Positions 44,586-56,000 of a stretch of DNA of 64,000 bases are shown piece by piece. The first letter of the stretch is position 1; every line of letters starts with the position of its first letter. A model generated the notes under the pieces. It was given only the letters and a program-made list of their open reading frames with translations. It searched no databases and was not told where the DNA came from. Both the position numbers and the translations under genes were made by a program. Source of the DNA: Ramazzottius varieornatus (lineage: Eukaryota > Animalia > Tardigrada); the NCBI GenBank assembly GCA_001949185.1, contig BDGG01000016.1:186001-250000 (forward strand). The letters are read 5' to 3'.

Positions 44586-46616
44586 ATGGTCGACCGGAGT
44601 GACGATGAGAACAGCGATAGCGATGGCGGAGCGAACGATGCCGAGGGAGTGTGGTCGCCCGACATCGAGACTGCCTTCCGAGAAGCTCTAGAGACATATC
44701 CACCATGTGGTCGGAGAAAGATCATCCTGTCGGAAGAGGGCAAGATGTATGGTAAGTGCCATCGGAAGGCGGTCAAATCATGCAGTTAATGTGACTTGAG
44801 AAAATAAACAAGCAGTTATATGACCCACGTGTGTAACGGTGTGTTGTTTGTAGGCCGGAACGAACTCATAGCCAGGTACATCAAAATCCGCACGGGGAAA
44901 ACACGGACGCGAAAGCAAGTCTCCAGTCACATCCAAGTACTTGCCCGGAAAAAGTCGCGGGAGATTCAGTCAAAATTTAAGGTTGGTCGAGCCGAAAAGT
45001 GAACGATACGAGTATTCCCGACTATATTTGATACTGTTTACAGGACCATTCGAATAAGGAGAAAGCAATGCAAGTCATGTCGACCATGTCGTCGGCGCAG
45101 ATTGTCTCAGCCGCCATGTTTTCTAACAAGCCGCAGCTTCCGACATTGGGGAACGGAGCCTACGCGACAAGTCCGGTGAATATTTATTCTATTGGAAACG
45201 TGTTTCTGAAGAGCTTTTGGATGACCCACACCTTTTTTGTAGATGTGGCAGAACCCAATGTCGCAGAATATTGCTCCTTATGGTCACATTGCCGAGTAAG
45301 GAGCCATCCGTTATCTTGTACTGCCTATTGAAAATAAATGGCGAAAATAGGGCAGTTCTGTATCCATGCTGCACCGTGTACATGCTTTAGAGTAGACCGC
45401 GACTGTGACAAGTGTTTTTTTCTGTGTCAGTATAAAGCCTTGCATCAATGGAGTATTCGGCGACAAGAGCACTTCGGTCCTGTCCGGAAGTGGCTTTTCC
45501 CATAATAATGGGTCCGTGCTGCCTTTCGACGGACGGTTCCCCATCGCGTCCCACAAGCTAAGATTACTGGACTTCAACGCCTACGTTTCCAGCCGGGACG
45601 ACTCGGACGCGGTAAGACATGCGAGCATACGCCGTCTGCTTCATGTTCATATCTTTTTGCCTCACATGTCACATTACAGAAGCATTTCTTCACCAGTATT
45701 GCTGCCTCACAGCTGGAACCCGACGTAAGTTTCTCGTTGAAAGACTGGCCCGTGTTTCCCAAACATCACGAAATAAAAAGTGAACGACGGTCCACTGTTT
45801 CGTTACAGCCAATCGACATCTCCGTCATTCAGGATAAGTTCCCAGAAAACAAGGGAGGCCTGAAGGAACATTTTGATCGATGTCCAGCCAACGCCTTCTT
45901 CATGGTCAAAGTTTGGGTATGCAACGCACTCCATCTTTATAACGAACCATAAGGGAGGTTCGGTGATGAAAACCATGGGCTGAGACTGAGCTTGGCTTGT
46001 TGCAGGCCGATATGAACTGTCCCGGAATTAGTCCTAACTGCACCTACGAATACTCGAGCACGTAAGTTTCTGTGTGGAGACGCCATACCGATGGTTCATA
46101 CGGTTGCCCAACGTTACTCTCCCTTGCTTTCCAGGATTGAAAGTCTGCTGAATATTCCGCTCGAACACACCACCCGTGTATGCTCCAGCGGCAAACAAGT
46201 TATCGTCAAAGTGGAGGTGGGCACTATTCGTTAACCCGTTGTCTTTTTTGCTAACGCATCGGTTATGCCTTCTTTTGTTAGAGCGAACAAGGAGTTCCTG
46301 AGGGTGGTCGGTACATCTTCCGCCGCAAGTCGACCATGTGCGAATACATGATCAACTTTATCATCAAGCTGCAGCATCTGAGTGACACCGCGCCCAAAGC
46401 CGACGCCAATACCCTGCTTGAAAACTTCACAGTTCTCCAGGTAAGTCACTGGCCACTGACTGTACTACCGCTTCGCAGAACAAGACTGGATATTTACAGA
46501 TCGTGTCGAACCAGGAAACGCAAGAGACCTTGCTGTGCATCGCCTTCATGTTTGAAGTGTCTTCCGGCCACGGTAACCAGCACAAGATTTACCGCCTACA
46601 GAAGGACAGCTCATGA
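44586..46616 (+). CDS. sd: TEA-domain transcription factor (TEAD/scalloped), about 12 coding exons
   Basis: TEA domain [38 protein letters not shown]|[37 protein letters not shown]/Vg-binding domain [33 protein letters not shown]|[27 protein letters not shown] (conserved palmitoylation Cys), [27 protein letters not shown]. The true start may lie upstream. Confidence 0.95.
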
Positions 46617-47551
46617 AAGCAAAGTCCCCTAGCTAACCGCCCTGGTCTTTCCCTTCTTTCTTCCGTCGTCTAGCCTGATCCAGCCATCCATCGCAGTATT
46701 CGCGGCTGGACATTATGGTCGTCATTTGCGTCCGTTCGATATTCACACAGCTGTCCTCCCAGCTCCCGCAATGGCAGCTCACTTCCCACAGTAAAGTGGC
46801 AGCTCTTATCTGGTGTGTCCCACTCAACCCGAACCCGTCCTTTGCACCCTATAATTTTTATGATTGTTATCGTTGAGTGTTTAGTTAGAATCGAATGCTC
46901 TGATTTTTTGTATTTTCCCCCTTTTTTTAAAGCTTGTTGCTCTATTGTAGCGCCCTTATACTGTTGACTTGCGGGTTTCTAGTGAAGGTCGTGGACATTT
47001 TTTTACCGAAACATTATAATACCATTCGAGTTGGCAACATGCTACTGAATAGCTGCTTTATAGCAACATACAAGTTTCTGCGGCTCCATTTAGGAAACAT
47101 CTCATGATGCCAATGTCTTCGGATATAGCAGTTCTTAAAATGTCGCGATCGATCGGTACTTCAGAAACTGCCTTTCGTGTACTGTACGGGAGTGTGCTCT
47201 ATACGATTGCAGCGAAATGTGGAGATACATAATTATCTGGACAAACCGGAAGGGCGAGGAGCATACGAAGGTACCGAGGGAAAAAACCTGGCTGCAAACG
47301 CGTATCGGTCACAATCAACCTTGAAAAACAAGCGAACAATCGCACTGAACGACGGAAAGTACCAAAGTTCTTCGGAAAAAACCTTGACAGTGTACAGTGG
47401 GAGAGGATCGGATTAACTTCGCCCAAATCCTTCGCTCAGATTTACTGCCGCTTTCTGTCCGCTAGTGTGTACGTGGCCAGCCTCGTCCATCAACTCGGTA
47501 GAACACTTTGTGTGCTTTCCTGAAAATCAAGAATCGAACTCGCTTACCACG

Positions 47552-48765
47552 ATGTTGGAACTAATCTTACTCTTCCTCGCCGGAAGCTACGCGGCGCCAG
47601 GTAAAACACTTCATCTTACGCTAAAAAAGCGAGCTATGCTTCAGCTGTTCTTCTTTACGTAGTACACGTCAGCGATGTGGACGTCCTTCAGTTCGCTTTG
47701 ACCGTGGAGAACCTTGCCTCTACCTTCTACATTCAGGGGCTTCAAAAGCATCCCAAGGAGGAGTTCTTGAATGCCGGAGTCAAAGAGGCCGACTATGACC
47801 AGATCGTCCGAGTCAGAGATAACGAAGGCAGGAGTCAGAATAAAGCTTTGATGTAATTTGTTGCTAACCGTGAATTCTTTCCAGCCGGACACCGTGACAC
47901 GCTGAAGGCCGCCATCCAGAAGCTCGGTGGTACTCCTAATCCTCCATGCCAGTACAAATTCCCCGATGACGACATCCCATCGTTCTTGAAAGTCGCTCGC
48001 ACTTTGGAGAACGCCGGTAAGTGTGCCTGGACTATGCTGCTTCCAGATTCGTCCGTTGTTGATCTAAAATGCAGATTGGGGCTTCTGCAGATATCCCAGC
48101 ATACACTGGCTCGATCAAGGACCTTACTGACAAGAGGCTCATTACCGCAGCCGGAACCATTGTCACCGTCGACGCTCGCCACGCCGCCTTCTTCAATCAC
48201 ATCACCGGAAAAGCTCCGGCTCCTGCCTCCTTCGATATCCCATTGTACGTCTTTCCTGATTTTCCACACGGTGACTAGGTCTTGCAGAACCGCAAACTGT
48301 AACTTTGCGGGGTTCGCGCCACCGGAAGGCGTTCCCTCACCTGAGGTTCCCACAGGTGGCGCTGCCTTGCGTTACACAGCGTAACTCTGCTGACAGCAGC
48401 TGACGTTTGGATGCTTTTGCAGGGGACAACGTCAGATCTCGTCGCTGGCTAAACAATTCATCGTATCTTGTCCGCATCCGATTCCCGAGCCATTTCCCGA
48501 ACTCAAGCTGACTCCCGAGTCTGGTCCTGCTGGAAGTGCAGTAACGTTGGCTACCAGTGCACCTCTGCGAGGAGTCAACTGCGCCATCATCACCGCCACT
48601 GGCATCACCTTCAGCCCAGTTCAGGATAACAAATGCACCATTCCACAAGCTAGCGGAGGAGTTTATGTCGTCCTGACATCTGCATCTGACTCTCGAGGAC
48701 TCAGCGACGACAACACCCTGGGTATTGCTCCGTTCATCGTTGCTGCCCGTGGCGATGCTGTCTGA
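47552..48765 (+). CDS. Secreted ferritin-like (Ferritin_2 / fungal Rds1-like) di-metal protein with a C-terminal beta-sandwich-like domain. Exons 47552-47600, 47663-47827, 47885-48016, 48091-48244, 48423-48765
   Basis: Signal peptide MLELILLFLAGSYA, then SDVDVLQFALTVENLASTFYIQGL, DNE|AGHRDTL..LGGTP.PPCQYKFP, FLKVARTLENA|DIPAYTG, AAGTIVTVDARHAAF, FDIPL|GQRQISSLAKQFIVSCP...PFPELKL. This is the motif series of fungal Rds1-type proteins. Confidence 0.88.
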
Positions 48766-50092
48766 TTCTGACAATACGAACTGTGTCGAAACACAGGAAT
48801 ACAATTTTGTTAATCAAGTGATCAAGCGACTCTCTGACCGTAAGCCTGGCCATGCCTTTCATTCGGTTCCTAGAGAAAGACGTTTATGCCGTTCGTGCAA
48901 GTTCTCACACTTCTTACATTGGATATTTCTGCTAGTTCTGTTAAAGTGGTGAGGACGAGCAAGAACTGTCTGAGATCACGAGCTGTACTGTACAGACAAA
49001 AGTCTGAGCCCCTAAAGGTCACCGATCGGCATGCAGTAACAAAGCAAGTCCTGTGCCCAGTTATAGCCACGATGGTGATGAGTACGGGACACAGAATGCT
49101 CTCAGTTTTCGTTTCAGTATTCCACATCTCAAAATCCTGAATAATAATCAGGTCTAGGTTTGCTATCGAGTAAGCTGCGTTCTCGTGAGTGAGTTTCAGT
49201 ATTCCACATTATTCCAGGCAGTTTGCTGAAGGTGAACGGGAAGTGGAGAACAATCAATCCAGTGTTTGTTCCTGCAAGCGATCCCTGGTTCTCCACGGCG
49301 AACCTCGGTATACCTCACCCGTTCACGCACCACAATCCAAATTATTCCTGAAGAAAAAGCCAACCCTGCACGAGCTCGCTGAAACTCGACGAATGAATGG
49401 CCTGTAACACGGAAATTCTTTTATCGATTTCTCTCCAACTCATGAGCGGAGAGCAGAGTATACTCGGCTATAGATTCCGTCCAATGGAGAGCATGCTTTT
49501 AATACTTCCATTGGTTAGAAACTGGTCGACCGGGCAAATCACCAAACCAGCGACGGCATCATAACCGCATTCATACCGCCCAAAAAGAGGCCGTGGCCTC
49601 TTGTAGTTGTAGTATTTTAATGGTAACACGGATCTGTCGGACAAAGCGCCGGCTTTCTTTGCTGTGGTGAACTGCACGGCTGGATCTGAGAGATGGCAAG
49701 TTGGCTGGTGCTTTCTGTCTGCCAAGGAGAACCAGCTAGCTGATCGTTGTCTTACGGCCTGCCAAAAGTAACGTGGAACAGATTTGGTGCGCCCTATGGA
49801 TAAGTCGGATGTAGTCCATACTTTCTTGGCAAGCGGAGCGGAGTTTCTGTCCGTTTCACGTCAGGCCATGCCGTTCATTCAGTCAGTCTACTTCGTCTTC
49901 ACAATGCAGCTTGCGTAGCCGATGTTTTTTTCTCTTGGCTGATACCGTTTTCTTTCCTTTGGATCCATTATTATGCCAAGAATTGTCGCTGTAGAATTTT
50001 GTAGTGCAGATCGACACCAGTGCTGGAGATTATAAGCGTCGTCTGAAGGATCATGTCAGCGCAACCTTGGCACAGCAGCTTCGAGTGTGACG

Positions 50093-53000
50093 ATGGTTAG
50101 AGAAAGTCGCCATTTATGGATCGGGAATCTACCGGAGAATATTCAGGAAGACGACCTCAAGACTTATTTTGAAAGGTACGATCACTTCTGCCTATTCCCC
50201 GATATCTGATGAGTTCCTAGGACTGTATTCGGATGAAAATACGACCATTTTCAATTTTTCTGAGTGAAGTACGCGGCAAAAAGCGATATTTCATTATCGA
50301 AAAGTTTTTTATAGAAATATTCTTTCTAAAATTCTGCCAGCTATTCAGCTTGCATTCTTTTCATTTCTTTGGCTAAGGAAATTCAAGCTAGGTATACTGG
50401 ACGAGTCTACAGACTAGAAAAATAGATTGGGATCAATTCGTGGCGACTTTGTGACTGTCTTCGTTTGCGGGTATTGCAAGAGCTCAATCTTGCTTGCCTG
50501 CCATATTTGTACAGCCACAAAATATGAAACCTCAAGACATATACGGCCTAGGAATGTTGGCGAGGGGAATTGCAGCTGCCCAATGATGGATCTTGTTTGC
50601 CTGCTCTGCTCATGGACTACATTATCTTCATATCCGCTCCATGCTCTGTCTGGTGGAATACAGTGGAATTAATAAGCACGATCGATGGTCGAAAACTGGA
50701 TCTATAAATCAAGCCCTCTTCCAATCAAGCAGCGTAGCCTCGCCGACCAGATGGAATTACTCATTACGCGCAGATGTAAAATTCAGGATTGCTTCGGGTC
50801 TTCCATACTGATTTATGTGTGAGATGCTGAGAATGGTTCTCAAATCCATGTTAAGAACGAAGCGGTCACAGAGAATCCACGACTATGAGTCCCAGTATTG
50901 AAGTTGATCTTATAATCGAAACGTAGCTGCGTACGCAAAACGCGAAGCCCATTCTGTCCAGCGATGAGTAAATTGCAGCAGGATGAAGACGGAATATTGT
51001 TCGGGGATTGTCTAACGAGACTGTGATACGATTATCCTGCCCACAATTAAATATGATGAGACAGAGAGTGGATCTGCGAGGGATCACGACGACTGGTGGA
51101 TGTGACGTTGGACTTGACCTTTCTGTTTCTGGCACGGCCAACATCGTAAAAGGCTTATTTAATGGCATACTAAACTCGATAGGAAAGGAGCGAGCGAGCG
51201 TGCCTTGGCAAAGAGTTTTGATTGAGAATTTGGCACCGTCGCCTCCCGTTAACCTTGTGAAAAAACATCAGACTAGATTTTCCCGTAAGAGCTGGGAATG
51301 TTGAGCAAGTTAGAGTGACAACAACTTTGTCACTGACGTTGTCGTCAATGCAAAACAGGCCAGTCAAGTTATCAATCAAGTGGTTTGGAATTACTAAGAA
51401 GCACAAACTTGATTACTTATTGGGATTGTTCGCTGATTGGTCGATTAACTTACGAAAGAATCAGGAATCATCGTTTTGCGCAAGTCATCAATCAAGCGTT
51501 TTGTGGGCCAGCGAATGAGATGGTTTGCTTGTAGGTTGATTGTATGAAACGGTGGGACAAAAGCCAGTGTCGTTAATTCAAGCCTCTGATTTTCGAGTGT
51601 TTCTAGCTTGGCGCTGCTGTGGTGGTTTATACATCAGTCGATTGAGGAAGCTCAAGATGTGGTATATGGCTTTGTGCTGAGGTTTGTTAATGGGGGGTTT
51701 GTTGAAGGTTGAGTAGAGGCTGAAGACGAGTAGTGGTCGTTAGGGCAGCTGTAGTATGGCTTTACGGAGTGCTGGTTAGATCAATGTCACAACTACGGTA
51801 GAAACGAAAGGTTGGACCAGTTGGAGGGAGCCGATGGAGATGTGGGGGCGAGCGAGCGATTGCTACGAGTTTATTTGTAATTTAGACGAGGCTATTTCAG
51901 CCTCGTACCGTGTAAGGTCTGTGTTTACCCAAGGCCAACATTTGACTTGAACAAAGCTCGACGCTGCAGAAAGAAAATGTCCGAGAAATTGGTGGGTACT
52001 GGCTGTTTCTATTTGAAGACCGAACCACAGCGCGCCATCGGTAGAAAAAAGAATGGCTTCAGTCGTATGAAAGACCGGCTTTCTTTCTTTTTTTATTTCT
52101 CCCCCTCGCCATCCTCCTCGTCGTTTGCATTGTCGATAACGTCGTGTATTTGAATAACTGGTTTATGACTGATCTCGGGCAACAAAGACCGTAGTACTTA
52201 GCTTCTTTTTCTGCGCGACAAGAAAACCGTTTGTCGTGGCACATACGGTTTTGTTGCGTTTTCGCTACTGGTGAGACCTAATCAGCCAAAAACGATCGAC
52301 GATGATCTATGAAAGACGAGTTTTTTCTCTAATTAGGCCGTCCCATCACATGCATTTCTGAGGCTTGTCAGTCATTGGAAATTTAATTACTTTTTGACGA
52401 GGCGCATTGGCTGGTATGGGACGACATGACGAATGATTCGAAGAGTATCGGTCGATAAACGAGAGAAGCCATTTTCGCCACAAATGGCAGTCATCAGAAG
52501 ACCTGAACTTTCACGGTAGAACTTGGCTTGTCCATCTTTGAACAGTCAATCAAGCGCGAAGCGACGGTTGAATTTTGGGAGTATTGTTGACCCGTCAAAA
52601 TACGGTGAAGCCCATCGGTCACTGGAAAAACCGTCGAATAGTATATGGGGCGTATTCCTGTTATTTTTGATTGATTGATTGGCTTATCTGTCGATGTTTT
52701 AATTGTCAGCATGTTTTGTTTATTTTCCGACGGTTATTTTGGTAATGATGGCAGTATTCGCAGAAGACTGCTGTGCAAATTGATATCGCTGTGCTCTTTT
52801 CTTTTACGCCCGTAATGTTTGACAAGATGAGTCTTTTTCTCATGAACCAGATGCGCGCTGGCCAGAGTGGGGAAATGGCTGACGAGGCAGGGAGACGTGA
52901 AGGATGGTTCTGTCAGTGTGGAGGTATAAATACAGACAATTATTCTTCAAAGACGCGTTCTCTTCTCTTTGCTAGCTTGTCATGTTCCCTCTTTCCTGCC

Positions 53001-56000
53001 CATATAGCAAGAGATCTGCCTTTCCAGGAAATGATTATACAGGGATGGAGGCAGAGAAGGGAAGGTTGTGTACGGAAGAGGGGACAAAGGGCTTTACTGA
53101 AGTCGGCTTTTCCTTCTCTGCTCGATGTCTGAACGAAGCTAGCTGCCCTCTTCAGACTCGAGCTGAGCCCTTCTCCACAGGGGAGCTTTGTATGGAGGTC
53201 TGTGAAAGCCTTGCCTTGCTACTTTTTAGGCTCTCATGAATGCTGGGACAATTGTTGAAGAGAAACATTTCAGGGAAAGGCAGGCCTGTTTATTGTAGTT
53301 CATCACGGGACTTTTGTCTCTGCCGTGTTCAAAAATTGTGTGCAGGAACTCAGCGGTGTGCTGGCAGAATATGACCATTTTCCGAAGGGCTGCTGGAGTG
53401 GAAGAAGGACAGAATTATGATCAACCAGGGAGGCATTTAAGGAAAAAAGGCACCAAGTAGAAACGGACGAGGCACAGCGAGCTTCATTTCAGATATTATA
53501 GAGATTAAGTTGCCACTCCCGTTCACTTTGCAACTGTAGCTACAGCCTCGCTCCGCCCCTTTCGTGACGTGTAACTACATTTTGCTTTCCGGAGCTCCCC
53601 TTATTTTCGGCAAATAGCGTAATTGGGGTTACGGTTGGCTAGCATTGAGAAGCATGGTGGCTGCCCAAATTATTCAAAGTTCTGATCAGCTGCCGCGCTT
53701 ATAAGTGACGTTGCAACTCATCTTAGCTACAGTGGGACTTTCATCTGGCGATGGCAACTTAATGTCTGTAATACGCAGAGGTTGTGGTCCCGGGGGAAAT
53801 GCGCGCTCCGCTTCAGCGACCTCAGCCAACGCAGCCGATTTGCAGGGTTCTCTGCGCAAGTCTCGGCCGCTACTGCACCCTAAAACGCAGATAACCAGTC
53901 CGAAAAAATCAGCTTGTAGTCTTTTTGAAAGGAGAGCTCTTGATTATGGAGGCCTTACCCGACCAAAAGCAGTTAATACAGTTGCAGTCAAGTTAATTGG
54001 TTGGGTTTTTGGCAATGTGGATTGCGTATCTTCTAGCACTGGTTCCCGCGAATTGAAAAGCTCACCTCAAGTGGCGCACGCTCTCAGCCCACAACAACGT
54101 AAAAGTGCGCCACTGGGGGTGACGATCTCGCAGTTTCGTTTGCCGACCTCCCCAACAGCTCTAGTGCCTCTTTCAGCACCTGTGAACAGAATTTCGCCGT
54201 CTCGTTTGAAGTGACGCGGTCATTTTTTACCTGGAGACGTCGCTGTGGAGGATGCTTTGGTCGCCGTTGAAAATTTATGTGGTCTGGTCCTACCTTAGTA
54301 ATGACTTGTTGGGGGGTACAGCGCGACCTGTCAATGTCAGCTGAGCTATCTTAAGCATCGTTTTTGTGTGCTGTACGGATTCGGAGATGGATGATGCTTT
54401 CAGGAATGACTTGAGATGATGAGCAATAACCGCAGCTAGCGAGGTTACATCGCGCGCGCGTAGGACTAATTGCAGATTGCAAGCGAAAATGTTGCTGTTT
54501 TTTGTGACTTGATGGACAGCTCTGTAGCCTGTGGGCTACTGAAGAAAATTGCCATCGTCCATTTTGGACGGTTCATTATGGCCAACACGGCGGCCAAGTA
54601 CATTCATCATTGTGTCAAGTGTTGTATTTTCGTGCAGTGAGCGACTTGCTGCAGGTGCTAGCTGCCATGTACAAATTTACTAGAAAGCTAAAAACTCTGA
54701 GGTGCCTTTGGAATGGAGGGAAAAGCACGACGAGTTTTGGCGGTAGGCTTTGGTGGGGAGAGAGGGAAGCAGCTCGGCTTTCACAGGCGCCGCTGGAGAC
54801 TGCGAGAATGTTTTGATAATGGAAAGAGTATTTTCGATCGATTTATGGATTAGCCGCGGCAGCTCAATAGCTCGCCCAGTGTCAGGTTCCCTTCCAGTGA
54901 TATCGCAAATGGAGAATCTCTTCAGTCACATTGACGAGGAAGTGTGTGGCGGTGACGAAATTGACTTTTTGTCGTTGGGGAAAAATTCTCTGAACTCGTT
55001 CTCGACATTGAGAGGATCTTGAAGTCAATTAGCCAAGAGGAAAACATTGGCCACGAACATGTCAAGTGATCAATCAAGGGAGCGGACAGTGAGAGATTTG
55101 TTCTGGACCGCCCTTGGACGGTTGATTGAGTGAAGCCTCCGAACGATTGAATCAATCAACAGATCAAGGTACTCTACAGTGTACATATGGCTCCTCGTGA
55201 ATCGTGTTTCAGAGACTCGTTTCGGCTGACCGACTTGGTTTGCATGTGGGTCTTTTCTGAATGGAAATTATAGTGCTCCCAAAAACGGTCAGTGACATGA
55301 TGAGAAATTAATGTTAGCTCTGACAAGAGCAAGTCCTACTTTCCACGTTGCGACCTAGGCGCACATGGCGTTGTCAGATTGGCTAATGGCTAAAGCCGGG
55401 TTTTCCGGTGGCTGGCTCTTTGAAGAGATGGACCGTTAACGGCCTTGTAATGCATGTGTTTGATGGCGATGAGAGTTGTGTTGCGGCATCAGAGACCACA
55501 ATAGGTGTGTTGGCTGTAAAGACCCTCTTCAGTGACTAGATTGAGCTAGAGCAGCTTTGGTGCTGGCCGAAAAAACAGCCGAGCATGGCGGCTCACAAAC
55601 CTGTTTCTTGACAAGAGCTCTTGCGCGACGTGGACGGAGCTCAGCTTTGACCGTGTTTATTTACCTCTGTTTGGACGCATCAAGGAAAGCAGCCACCTTG
55701 TACCGCCAGCTGCTTATGATAATACCCCCCTTGCTAATAGTTGTTTTTAGAGGAGATAAACCGTGACCTCTTGAGACGTTCAGCGACTTCAGGCTGAGCA
55801 AAGTATCGGGTATCGTATTATGTGTGGCTGGATCCACACATGAAACTGGATGAACTGTATACAGGTACAAATTCCTCTTGGTCGAAGGGCTCGGAAAAAG
55901 TTTTTTGATTAGCTGATTGGAAGGATGAAAGGGGAACATGACAGCCACACAACGACGGGATATTATGGGCCAGTAAAAATTACGGACCAGGCAGAAAAGA

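Noticed and set aside
53120-53210. GGAGGTCTG and TTCAGACT resembling RNase P RNA CR-I and CR-V
   Set aside because: The motifs are in the wrong order and too close together.
55175-55184. TACAGTGTAC identical to the MITE B terminus (possible excision footprint)
   Set aside because: Only 10 bp with no partner TIR. It cannot be told from chance.
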